Shown here piece by piece: positions 1 through 9,579 of a DNA stretch of 64,000 nucleotides. The position numbers and the translations under genes were made by a program. The stretch covers positions 914 to 64,913 of the forward strand of contig JBGAJM010000010.1 in NCBI GenBank assembly GCA_044224925.1. The letters are read 5' to 3'. Numbering within the stretch: position 1 is the stretch's first letter; each line of letters starts with the position of its first letter. The notes below the pieces were generated by a model, which saw nothing but the letters and a program-made list of their open reading frames with translations, did no database searches and was not told where the DNA came from. Origin of the DNA: Candidatus Kapaibacterium sp. Its GTDB lineage: Bacteria > Bacteroidota > Ignavibacteria > Kapaibacteriales > Kapaibacteriaceae.

Positions 1-1320
1 GCCATCGATCAGGTCGTACTGACTGCGATGGGCCTCGTCAGCCACAACGACGATGTTGCTCCGGTCCGACAGTAACGGCATTCGGCCGCCCTTTTCATCG
101 GCAAGGAACTTCTGGATCGTCGTGAACACCACACCGCCGCTGGCCACTTTGAGTCGCGTGCGCAGATCGAGCACTGATGCGGCCTGCACGGGCGTTTGAC
201 CGAGCAGTTCATGACAGCGCTGGAACTGACCGAACAGTTGATCATCGAGATCATTTCTATCGGTAAGTACCACCACCGTCGGATTCCGCATCTCCGGGTT
301 CTTGGCGATCTGTGCCACATAGAACAGCATCGTAAAGCTCTTCCCCGATCCTTGCGTGTGCCACACAACGCCAATGCGCTTGTCGCCCTTCTTCCCTTCG
401 GGCATCGAGCCCGTCCAATACGTGCCTTCCGATCCTTCACGTCCTTCCCACATCATCCCACTTGCGCGCACCGTCTCTTGAACGGCAGCTTGCACGGCGT
501 GATACTGATGATAGCCGGCAATGATCTTGTGCACGCTGGCCGTGTCGGTGTCCTCTTCAAAGGCAATGAAGTTGCGCACTAGATCAATGAAGCGCGACGG
601 CTCGAACACACCCTTGATCAACGTCTCCAGTTCCAGCGCCGTTGCCGGCGGTTCGGTGCGACCATCTACTGTGCGCCACACCTTGAACCACTCTTTGTTT
701 GCTGTGAGAGATCCGATGCGCGCACTCGTCCCATCGGAGATCACCAGCAGTTCGTTGTAGCGCATCAGCGACGGGATCTCCTGCTTATACGTCTGCAGTT
801 GATCGAAGGCCTTCCAGATGGTGGCGCTCTCATCCGTTGCGCTTTTCAGTTCGAGGGTGGCAAGGGGCAAGCCATTTACGAAGACCACTACGTCGGGTCG
901 ACGATTCTTCCCTGCATCGATCACCGTGAATTGATTCACAGCGAGGAAGTCGTTGGCGGCAATGTTGGTGGCATCGATCAGGTAGATCGTCTCTCCCGAG
1001 ATCGTCCCATCGGCGCGGCGGCTCTCCACCGTTACGCCATCACGCAGCATGGCATGAAAGCGTCGGTTGGACTCCGTCAGCGACGTCGTCTCTGTCCGCA
1101 ATACCTTGCGAAGCGCCTCTTCGATCACTTCTTCACGCGCCGTCGGATTACATCGGTGCATGGCCGACCGCAAGCGATCGACCAGCACTACATCTTCATG
1201 CGATGCGCGCTCGGCATGCGGCATATCCGGTGCAATGTCGGGACCGAAGAGAACTTCGTAACCCAGATCAGTGAACCATTCGAGGGCGGCGGATTCTATG
1301 TGTGATTCGTTAAGGGTCAT
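1..1320 (-). CDS. hsdR: Type I restriction enzyme R subunit HsdR, N-terminal part (start codon at 1320; gene runs off the window start)
   Basis: Reverse-complement translation from 1320 reads MTLNESHIESAALEWFTDLGYEV..., the canonical HsdR N-terminus, followed by nuclease and helicase motifs (e.g. VVVADEAHRSQY). No complete ORF appears in the track because the stop lies outside the window. Confidence 0.85.
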   Translation of the reverse strand, partial: MTLNESHIESAALEWFTDLGYEVLFGPDIAPDMPHAERASHEDVVLVDRLRSAMHRCNPTAREEVIEEALRKVLRTETTSLTESNRRFHAMLRDGVTVESRRADGTISGETIYLIDATNIAANDFLAVNQFTVIDAGKNRRPDVVVFVNGLPLATLELKSATDESATIWKAFDQLQTYKQEIPSLMRYNELLVISDGTSARIGSLTANKEWFKVWRTVDGRTEPPATALELETLIKGVFEPSRFIDLVRNFIAFEEDTDTASVHKIIAGYHQYHAVQAAVQETVRASGMMWEGREGSEGTYWTGSMPEGKKGDKRIGVVWHTQGSGKSFTMLFYVAQIAKNPEMRNPTVVVLTDRNDLDDQLFGQFQRCHELLGQTPVQAASVLDLRTRLKVASGGVVFTTIQKFLADEKGGRMPLLSDRSNIVVVADEAHRSQYDLIDG

Positions 1321-1326
1321 AATGGA

Positions 1327-1980
1327 TCAAAACTCAGATCGATGTTTCTTGATATACTCGATGAAGAGCGCATTGATGTCATCTGGGTATGCAAAGAACG
1401 CATTGTCTAATGCCTCCCACCTATGCATGTCTTCGATATTGCGAAACGCAATGTTCTCTCTCAGAGTTTGCTCTACGGGTATGCGCTTGCTAGGGAACAG
1501 TTCATTTGCCTGATGAACGATGTGTGCAGCTTTGTGCGCCCCAATCTCATGCAGTGCATCAACGGCTTGATGGGCGTAGCACCCATATCCATTGGTGTAG
1601 TACTGATTGAATCCACCATTCATGACATCTGCAACAAGCGACGTCACATACACCAACCGTTTCTGCGGCTCAGTAAGTCGGTCCATTCTTCTTCCATAGG
1701 AGCTCAACTCATCGACGAACGTCTCGATCTCCATCATGCTGGCATTCTGATCCTGCGCACGCAATAACGCATCGAGGTTGTCCATCCTTGAGGCTGTGCT
1801 TTTCGATGTTGGTGTGCGCTTTAGCGTTTCGATGATATTGCGAACGAAAGACCCCATGCCCTCACTCCTTGAATGATCCTCTCCACCGCTGGAATACCGA
1901 GACCCCAGCGCGAAATACAAAAACACTATGAGCGATCCGATCACCCCGCTCGCAACAATCCAATTTATGCCGTTTTTCAA
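1327..1980 (-). CDS. DUF4375/DMP19-like domain protein with an N-terminal TM helix (possible DNA-mimic family)
   Basis: 217 aa with a hydrophobic N-terminal helix and an NGGFNQYYTNGYG motif that I associate with the DMP19/DUF4375 family. Sits 7 nt after the hsdR start. Confidence 0.4.
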   Translation of the reverse strand: MKNGINWIVASGVIGSLIVFLYFALGSRYSSGGEDHSRSEGMGSFVRNIIETLKRTPTSKSTASRMDNLDALLRAQDQNASMMEIETFVDELSSYGRRMDRLTEPQKRLVYVTSLVADVMNGGFNQYYTNGYGCYAHQAVDALHEIGAHKAAHIVHQANELFPSKRIPVEQTLRENIAFRNIEDMHRWEALDNAFFAYPDDINALFIEYIKKHRSEF

Positions 1981-2300
1981 AACCAGTTCTCGTCATATGT
2001 GTGCATTACTTCGACACGTCTCCGTCCTGGATCGACTTCAATGTACGTCCCCTTGCTGTCTTCCATTCCTCGCGGCCGTTTGCTGACGCTGATGTAGATC
2101 TTCTGGATTCCGTTATCCTCTGGCGGTCCGATCAGCACATATGCGCCCGTCCGTTCGAGCTCCTTGCGGGCGCGAGCCTCAGCAAAAAGCGATCGAGGAA
2201 ACACAAGTCCGATCCCGCTCCAGTTCGATTTCTCGATCGTGCGGATCCCGCCCGGATCACCGGTGGGTAGGAAGATGCGATTGGAGTAAGGTTTGGTCAT
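1977..2300 (-). CDS. small hypothetical protein (about 107 aa from the internal start MTKPYS)
   Basis: ORF 1977..2420 is truncated to the internal ATG at 2300 so that it does not overlap the DUF4411 gene. Overlaps the DMP19-like start by 4 nt. No domain recognised. Confidence 0.3.
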   Translation of the reverse strand: MTKPYSNRIFLPTGDPGGIRTIEKSNWSGIGLVFPRSLFAEARARKELERTGAYVLIGPPEDNGIQKIYISVSKRPRGMEDSKGTYIEVDPGRRRVEVMHTYDENWF

Positions 2301-2344
2301 TGAAATGTATCTGGGTGCAAACGATGAAGGGTAGCAAGGCAGGG

Positions 2345-2824
2345 TTACAAAACAAAACGCGCACGCTCCCTTCGAAGCATCGTGTATGGGGTCATAAACT
2401 CGATACCTAGTCCTATGCATACGTTAGGGATCTTGATTCTCTTCCGTGAGTCAGCCGCTGCTTCGTGTGTCACCACTATGCATGATTCACAGAGTGCATG
2501 GGCAACGAGAAAGTAGTCAGCGACTTGGAAAAAGGTATGTATAGCAGCAGGCTCGAAGTTCTGTCCGGTTACCCAATTTGCTACATGGCCCAAGTGCGGC
2601 ATTGTGCGTGCGTCGGTTTTCCGGTACAGAAGTTCTCCGTGCGTCTTTGACCAATCACAGAGCTCATCAGCACCAACGTTGATCTCGTCGGCAACCTTGT
2701 CGACACTGTATACAAGTCCTTCGCCATTCTTTACGAGTATCCATTCCCAGAAGGCAGGACAGAAGTCGAAACCATAGTGAAGGTTCTTTGCTTGGATAAA
2801 GACGTTGGCATCGAGCAAGTACAT
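2345..2824 (-). CDS. DUF4411 family PIN-like nuclease
   Basis: N-terminus MYLLDANVFIQAKNLHYGFDFCPAFWEWI matches the DUF4411 signature. Its start overlaps the stop of the upstream ImmA/IrrE gene by 1 nt. Confidence 0.7.
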   Translation of the reverse strand: MYLLDANVFIQAKNLHYGFDFCPAFWEWILVKNGEGLVYSVDKVADEINVGADELCDWSKTHGELLYRKTDARTMPHLGHVANWVTGQNFEPAAIHTFFQVADYFLVAHALCESCIVVTHEAAADSRKRIKIPNVCIGLGIEFMTPYTMLRRERARFVL

Positions 2825-3975
2825 TACAACAGCACTCCCAGTTCACGCGCAGCAGTTTGAAATGTACTCGGCTTTCGAATTCCGAGCATTCGGTACGCAT
2901 CACGAAAGAGTGTCTGTCCTTCCAACGCACTTGAGCATACAGCACGTGCGAACCGCCCACCTACTCTACTTTGAAGAGTCCGATAGAAATCACCACCTGA
3001 ACCGCCGGCGTCTATGTCACGCAGGCGCGATATCTCGACACCGTAGGCATCCTGGAATTGCGATCGACTCAAGAGTTGTGCATCGAACATACTTCGCAAC
3101 ACAACCAAGGTGCTCACTTTGAACACGCGGGCCAATCGTTGCACCTCTGTTTCAATGTCGGCATCCATTCGGTACTCTTCTATCAACATTGCTCGAGGGA
3201 CAAGGAACTCCGCAGCGACAGCATTGCACCAGCGCTCGATCACTCCATCAGGGACCGAAGCAAGATCAGAATCCGATACACCGCTCTCACCGAGCCAGAC
3301 GTGCGCCAATTCGTGGACAATGGTGAACATCTGTGCCGATGTGCTATCGGCCGCATTGACAAATATGAGTGGAGCATACGGATCGGAAAGAGCGAAACCG
3401 CGGAACTCGTCAACGCGAAGCGTACGCGTGGTGTTATTTTCAACGATGGAGCTCGACATCAACATCACACCGGCCTCCTCCGTAGCTAATCTCAATGCAC
3501 GCAAGGCATCCGTCCAGTTTGGGGCGGACCGACGCTTTGCAGCAGTAACGCCAAGAGTGCTACGCATTGAACGAACAACAGCTTCAATAGGCGTTGTTAG
3601 CGTAACGCTGTTCACGAATTCAAGGGGCGAGTGCCCATGAATACGTGCATAGTCTCGGTACCACTCCTGTCGCTGTTGACAGATATAGATGGTATCGAGC
3701 AGATTCGGGCTTGGCCTACTTCTACCACCATTCGTGACAACTCTGAAGTCCGCAATCGGCAAAACCTCTACGGGCGGTCTGTCGAGGAAGAGAAAGCCAA
3801 TGGGCACATGAACAGCTTTGGCAAATTGCTCTAGCTGCCGAAGCGTTGGGAGCTCGGACCCAGATTCCCAATTCATGAGATGCGGAAATCGATGCTGCAA
3901 TGCATGCGCGTCACTCCCCGAGCGTTCTCGCGCCCATTGCAGCATTTCCGGGTGTACTGGTACTCTTGATATCAC
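2824..3975 (-). CDS. ImmA/IrrE family metallo-endopeptidase with N-terminal XRE-type HTH
   Basis: HEXXH motif in HELAHVWLGE; N-terminal HTH-like region (LPTLRQLEQFAKAVHVPIGFLF). This is the classic partner of DUF4411. Confidence 0.7.
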   Translation of the reverse strand: MISRVPVHPEMLQWARERSGSDAHALQHRFPHLMNWESGSELPTLRQLEQFAKAVHVPIGFLFLDRPPVEVLPIADFRVVTNGGRSRPSPNLLDTIYICQQRQEWYRDYARIHGHSPLEFVNSVTLTTPIEAVVRSMRSTLGVTAAKRRSAPNWTDALRALRLATEEAGVMLMSSSIVENNTTRTLRVDEFRGFALSDPYAPLIFVNAADSTSAQMFTIVHELAHVWLGESGVSDSDLASVPDGVIERWCNAVAAEFLVPRAMLIEEYRMDADIETEVQRLARVFKVSTLVVLRSMFDAQLLSRSQFQDAYGVEISRLRDIDAGGSGGDFYRTLQSRVGGRFARAVCSSALEGQTLFRDAYRMLGIRKPSTFQTAARELGVLL

Positions 3976-4782
3976 TTTTCAACTACGTGAGCAAAGCTCT
4001 CTTGAGTGTTTGTTGATTGCGAGTTACAATCTTGGACTCGTGTGCGAAAGATACGAGAGTTGTGATTCTCAATCAGCCTGAACTCACTTGGTTCACCTAC
4101 AGAAAGGAGGATGCGTGTTATATATGACCTTGGCCATGCGTCTTTGATAGCTCTAGACCCAATGGATCTGCGCTTCAGCTCTGGTTCATACACTCCTTCC
4201 CCAACTCCTTCTTTGGTTCTCAGAAGTATCGAACTGGATTTGACCCGCCGGCAAACACATGCCAGTTCGCGTGTGTTGTGCCTACAGCCTTCCAAGACCC
4301 GACATGAATGATACTTCTACCCTGTACAGTCGATGGAGTAAATCTCACGATCACTCCTTCATACAAATCGCCTCCACCATTGGCATTACGAATGTAGACT
4401 ACGCAGCAGGCTCCTTTGAGTATTGCCTGCCTTCTTAGGCCGATCTTCCAATGCCGTGTGACGTTCATTGATCCGTGCGGTTTCCCAGGCAACGGACTAC
4501 GCGTGAAGACCGCTATGCCTGAGCGTCCATTGGCAAGTGTGGCCAGATTTGCCGTTGCCTGTGGTCTCGATGAGAGGCTTCTCGCCACTACTGTTTCCTG
4601 CAGTGAGTGAAAATGACCATCAAGTGCAAAGACCACTTCTGTCCATAACATTGTCCCCGCGTAATCATCATCTAAACGCGAGTATCATAGAAGAAAAATA
4701 TCCTCAACATTGCTCATAGGAATCGAATTCACGGCGCAAGACGATTCGAAGTCGACGACTTCCGCAAAGGACTGGTTGAGGG

Positions 4783-6572
4783 TCATTGCTGCACGACGGC
4801 GATTCCCATCTCCGTCAGGAAACGAGACGGTGCTTTTAAGTATCCAAAGTATCTATCTGAATATGTTATCGTCAGCGCTTCCACCGCACGGGTAAATTCA
4901 ACAAAACAATTCCGGCGTTCCTCTCTCATTTCAAAACTGTCGTCTCCTTTTCTCGTTGCCGCCCAACTTGGAAGCTGATCTTCAACTAAGCCGATGAGGT
5001 AGACACGCTTGAACTCCAAGCCCTTCGAACTATGTATCGTGAGGCAGCGAACCGCGTCCTTCGGCACTGGCGCCTCCTTTGAGCGGAGATCGAACTCCTG
5101 TAGCAGCGAGTGAAGACTTACTTCGCTCTTCCCATACTGCTGAATGACCTCCTGTTGTAGCAGCTTCCAAACTTCTCTTTCCTCCTTATACTCGTCAAAC
5201 ACGGTGTCATCGGTAGTGTGGTGAATCTGAAGTGCGTCAAACCACGCAAATGTAGAGTCGATGAATGCCCAGTGGTCAATACGCTCAAGCAGAGTGCTTT
5301 TCGTTTGCTCAAGGAATGCCCGCGAAAGTGCCGAAACCGTTTCTTGGCTGAGCACCGCTTCAAGCCAGCCCCGCAAATAGTCACCGCTTTGGAATGATGA
5401 TGCAGCAACTACATCCTCCACCCGGATGTTGCTTCCTTCGAGTGAATATGCTGCGCGCACTCAGCGATTACGGAGTCCAACAGTTTCTTGCTCCTACCGA
5501 GAACCACTGAATGGATCCTTACCACCAAGGGATTTTGATTAAACTCTGAAACAATACAATCTACCTCATGCCCAAAATCAGCAAATGGAAACACTCTCAA
5601 TTGTGAATCGTTTGTTGATACCTTGTGTGCTTTAAGGCGCTCCTTACCCTCAGATCGATCAAGATTATGAATAATCAGATTGTTGGCTATCTCGATGACA
5701 GCAGGCGGGCAGCGATAGTTTTCAGGCAGCTGCACAGTTCTCATCGAGAAGCGCTTCAAAAGGTCCTGAAGTCGTTTGGGGTTAGCGCCGTTCCATTGGT
5801 AAATCAGCTGATCGTCGTCAGCGACGACGAACAAGTTCGGCCTGTCTGTCGAAACGAGTGAGCAGAGGAGCCGGAATTGTGTTTCGTTGGTATCTTGGAA
5901 CTCATCAACACACACGTAGCGATAGACGCGTTGAAACTGTTTCGCGATTGCGGGACGCTCTTCCAAAAGTTGAACAGCCAGGCCGATGAGCGAAGCAAAA
6001 TCCAAATGGTTCCCCTTTATGAGTTCAACGCGGTAAGCATTGAACATTTGGGTTAGAAACTCTTTGTGCTGATGTGCGCCTAGCCGCTCGGCCAGTTCCT
6101 TCGGGTTCGAGCACTCAGCAAGCATCTTATCAATGACCGGCAATACGTTGGCAGCTCCTGAGATTGTTTCTGCAACTTCGTCACTGAGCATTCTCATCGC
6201 TTCAGTGGCCACCGCTTCACGGTCCGCTTGCTCGACCAAGATTGTGAAGTCTGGCCTCAGTCCAATGTGGTGTCCATGCTGTCGCAAAACCTCAGCTGCA
6301 AATGAGTGGAAAGTTGTCAGAAGCGCCCTGTCCCTTCCGGTTTTCAACAGCCCCGCAAGACGGGTTCTCATTTCTCCAGCCGCCTTGTTCGTGAAGGTGA
6401 CTCCAAGTATTCGAAAGCGCTCCCCAGAGGTGTCGTTCAGAAGGCGCGCGATGCGATAAGTCAGCACGCGGGTCTTTCCTGAGCCAGGACCAGCAAGTAC
6501 GAGTAACGGCCCATCGTTCCACTGCACGGCTTCGAGCTGCTTTTCATTAAGCGTTGTGAGGTCGATGCTCAT
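4783..6572 (-). pseudogene. gajB: UvrD-like SF1 helicase (GajB-like), split or frameshifted into ORFs 5409..6572 (N-terminal, 387 aa) and 4783..5460 (C-terminal, 225 aa)
   Basis: N-terminal ORF has Walker A LAGPGSGKTRVL and motif II DEFQDTN. C-terminal ORF has UvrD motifs V/VI (LTIHSSKGLEFKRVYLIG, VEFTRAVEAL). The two ORFs overlap by 52 nt in different frames. Confidence 0.6.
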
Positions 6573-8275
6573 AGTCGTGCGTTGTTCACAGCGGTTGTAA
6601 TTGCGGTTTGAATTGTTGCAGGCAGACCCGGTGAGCCACCCTGCTGCGCGGCTTCCACGGCAGCGATTGCGAGGTGGGGTTTAGAGGTAGAGCTAATCGC
6701 CATGCGGATAGTCTGATCTGTGTGCATGGGAGTCCCGGCTGCCGCAGTGATATTAGCCCGTTGTGGCGCACGAACGGCGGAATCGTAAACGGCTGAATAA
6801 CCGTGAGCCCACATTGCGTGCTCAAGGTCCTTCTCGGCCAAGACGGTGAGTCTCTGGGCTTCCTTTGCTGCGCCGCTGAGCCCGCGAGCGGTCATTGCAT
6901 ATGTCTGCCCGGCTGGGTCTCCGTCCGCAAGGACGTGCCACTCAATGCCAAGGTCGGTCGCTAATTTAATCAGAGTAGCGAGACCGCACTGGACGAATTC
7001 CAGACAACACACTCCCTCTAGTTCGAAATCGAAATTGAGAAGGCGGGCTGCTTCAGGAAGAAACCAAAACTCACTCTCACCTTCCACAAGCAGCCAAGAT
7101 TTGGCGAAGAGGAGATTTCCTCGCTTGGCGCGCACGTGATATGCAATCTTGCGTTCATCATCAGGTGTGAGCGTCCCAGGCTGGACTCGGAATACCTCAA
7201 CCTTTCCTTCTTTGCGGGCGAGGCGGCGAACCGCACTGAGCGGGACAGCGGCAAGTAACTCGCCAGAATGGGTCGCGATAATCTTCTGCCCCTTGATCGA
7301 ACTCAGCACCTTCCACAAGGAGCGCACCGCCGATGGGTGGAGGTGAGATTCAGGCTCCTCAATAGCTAGGAGTGGTTCGGAATCTGGGTCGAATGCTTCG
7401 GCGAGCCGTGCATTGAGAAACGCTTCAAAAAGGAACAAGACCGAGAGACTTTGGGTTCCTGCGCCATGTTGGTTGATAGGCAACTTTGCTCCGCTCTTCG
7501 CTGCGAGCTTCACTTGCGTCTTGCTGAGCATATCGAAGATGCGCGCCGGAAATGCCTCTACACTTACGAGATCGTCCGCAGCTAACGGAACGAGTCCGCC
7601 AGTCTTCGCGACTTGTACCTTCACTTCGTTGAACGGCGTATGTGAATCGAGAACAGACTGGTTTATTGCCTCGATCTGCTCCTCCAGTAAGATCCGGGTC
7701 TCTTTATCAATTTGGGGATTCTTCGTGAAAGGTCCCCAAAACGGTGATCGGCTTTGGAAGTGCTGACCAGCGTCACGGACGGCAGCCAAAAAGAAGGCCG
7801 GGTTCAATTGCTGAAGCTCAGATACAATTCTCGGATTCTTTGCGGTCGTGAGTTCATTGTTGTTCAGGTCGAGAAATGACCATTCCAAGGTGAAGTCCTT
7901 TATTGCCGGGTCGTAAGCTGAAACGACCCGAAAACGAACCACCTGCTTATTATCAGCCCGGATTTGCACGGCCTTATCTAGTCCTTGCACAATTGCATCT
8001 GGCCACTCATTTTCCATTGATTCTACAAAGTTGAAATCCATCTCGATCGGCAGGGCGGAACTCGGTTCAGGCCTATCCGCTGTGAGATGAAAATCGTATT
8101 CACCAAACGGGACTACCTTTCTGGAAAGGCTTCGGCTCAAGCAGGTATGGACTGCTTCCAAGACACTGGTTTTGCCCGTGTTGTTTTCGCCGATTAGTAC
8201 TGTGCACTGGTCCAAAGGAATCACAAGCTCTTCGATTCCCCGGAAGTTCTTAATGGTGATTTTGGTTAGTAACAT
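6569..8275 (-). CDS. gajA: OLD-family ATP-dependent endonuclease (AAA ATPase + TOPRIM), GajA-like
   Basis: Starts [17 protein letters not shown] with P-loop GENNTGKTS; C-terminal TOPRIM motifs LLVEGESEF and ADGDPAG. The 4-nt ATGA overlap with the downstream helicase matches class 2 OLD/Gabija architecture. Confidence 0.65.
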   Translation of the reverse strand: MLLTKITIKNFRGIEELVIPLDQCTVLIGENNTGKTSVLEAVHTCLSRSLSRKVVPFGEYDFHLTADRPEPSSALPIEMDFNFVESMENEWPDAIVQGLDKAVQIRADNKQVVRFRVVSAYDPAIKDFTLEWSFLDLNNNELTTAKNPRIVSELQQLNPAFFLAAVRDAGQHFQSRSPFWGPFTKNPQIDKETRILLEEQIEAINQSVLDSHTPFNEVKVQVAKTGGLVPLAADDLVSVEAFPARIFDMLSKTQVKLAAKSGAKLPINQHGAGTQSLSVLFLFEAFLNARLAEAFDPDSEPLLAIEEPESHLHPSAVRSLWKVLSSIKGQKIIATHSGELLAAVPLSAVRRLARKEGKVEVFRVQPGTLTPDDERKIAYHVRAKRGNLLFAKSWLLVEGESEFWFLPEAARLLNFDFELEGVCCLEFVQCGLATLIKLATDLGIEWHVLADGDPAGQTYAMTARGLSGAAKEAQRLTVLAEKDLEHAMWAHGYSAVYDSAVRAPQRANITAAAGTPMHTDQTIRMAISSTSKPHLAIAAVEAAQQGGSPGLPATIQTAITTAVNNARL

Positions 8276-9579
8276 GGCAGTGAACTCTCGGGTGTAACCC
8301 TCATCTCCCCACTCAACAACTTCGGTAAAATCGTTTCACGCAGGGTTGCGAGGGTACGGGATTGTTGTTTGTTAATCTTGGTTTGGGCGTCCAGCTTGCC
8401 CACCGCCCGCTGGAAGGCCTCTTGAATTTCGATTGGCGGCAAAATGATGGGCATGCTGTTAACTGAATCGAAAGTGATTTGAGGGAAAGTACCTGATCGA
8501 GATTCCGCTTGCAATTGGAATTCATCTAAGGTTTCCTGTGCCGTTAGGATGCGGTACATTAGGCGTGGATGTATCGCTTCAGAGCCTCGGATGACCATAA
8601 ATTTGGTTGAGACCACGTAGTCACTGGAATCGAAGTCCACGTATGCATAACGCTTGTTTGCGGGGCGGATTTCGCTAAAGAGGATGTCGTCGGGACGAAT
8701 GGATTTCTTGGCTTGCCCTGGCAAACCGGTGTGTTGGCTCCGCTTTTCGTGGAGGAAGTCGCCTTCCAACACATCGCCCGTATTGATGAAAACCACCTCG
8801 AGTGTGCGCTTGAAATCAAACGTGATGGAAACGTTGTTCGCAATGTCTCCAAGCGTGCAAGCTTGCCAACCTTTGGGGATGTGGCCGAGGCTTGAGTCTT
8901 GGAAAGAGTCGGGGAAGAGGGCTGCGGTGGTTGCGTCCATGCCGGTGGGTTGGCGGCCGTCGAGTTTGGCGCGAACGGGGTCGAAGTCTACGAACCAGCT
9001 TTTGAAGAGGGCGCGCGCCATTGATTCAAGGGTCTCGTTCATTCGGCGGTTCAACTCGATCTTGTCGTCGAGGTCGCCGAGGATCTTGGCGATGGCTTTT
9101 TGCACTTGGATTGGAGGAATTGGAAAACGAAGACGTTCCAAAGTCTGAATATTGATGTTGTCCTGTACACTTCCAGTTGCTTGGTGCTGAATACGTTTCC
9201 GCATAAAACGGAACATGTACTCAATGAACTTAACATCGGCCTTAAGGGGATCTGCGATGAAACCAACGACACTATCCGGGAAGCATGCAGGAAAGGTCAG
9301 GATCGCTGTCTCGGCGATGTTCGCCGCAATCGTGATGCACATTGTTCCTGAAGGCCATAATCGACTCTGTGCCAGCCCTACTTCCGAATAGGTCTGTGAA
9401 TACGATGTAATCTTGCCATTTGATGCCTTAACATCACCTGTTTGGATGAATGGATAAGGCCCTCCATAAAGGTGCTCCGCGTAGCGGGGCCGATAACGAG
9501 AGCGGCCTCTCCCAACCTCTCCGAGTTCATGCAAACTCACCAATTGCCAGCCGTTCGGGCACTCAAACTCCAAAACCAA
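8266..9579 (-). CDS. hsdS: Type I R-M specificity subunit HsdS
   Basis: 437 aa with two target-recognition-domain halves and conserved HsdS repeat regions ([10 protein letters not shown]..., [12 protein letters not shown]). Overlaps hsdM by 17 nt. Confidence 0.8.
   Translation of the reverse strand: MVLEFECPNGWQLVSLHELGEVGRGRSRYRPRYAEHLYGGPYPFIQTGDVKASNGKITSYSQTYSEVGLAQSRLWPSGTMCITIAANIAETAILTFPACFPDSVVGFIADPLKADVKFIEYMFRFMRKRIQHQATGSVQDNINIQTLERLRFPIPPIQVQKAIAKILGDLDDKIELNRRMNETLESMARALFKSWFVDFDPVRAKLDGRQPTGMDATTAALFPDSFQDSSLGHIPKGWQACTLGDIANNVSITFDFKRTLEVVFINTGDVLEGDFLHEKRSQHTGLPGQAKKSIRPDDILFSEIRPANKRYAYVDFDSSDYVVSTKFMVIRGSEAIHPRLMYRILTAQETLDEFQLQAESRSGTFPQITFDSVNSMPIILPPIEIQEAFQRAVGKLDAQTKINKQQSRTLATLRETILPKLLSGEMRVTPESSLPCY

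Noticed and set aside
1-1320. Plus-strand ORFs 196..582, 521..760 and 799..1305 and minus-strand ORF 9..440 from the ORF track
   Set aside because: The minus-strand frame starting at 1320 gives an unmistakable HsdR N-terminus. These are overlapping alternative-frame artefacts.
4220-4651. 143-aa minus-strand ORF in the low-GC spacer
   Set aside because: No start context, odd composition, no recognisable domain. Treated as non-coding or decayed.
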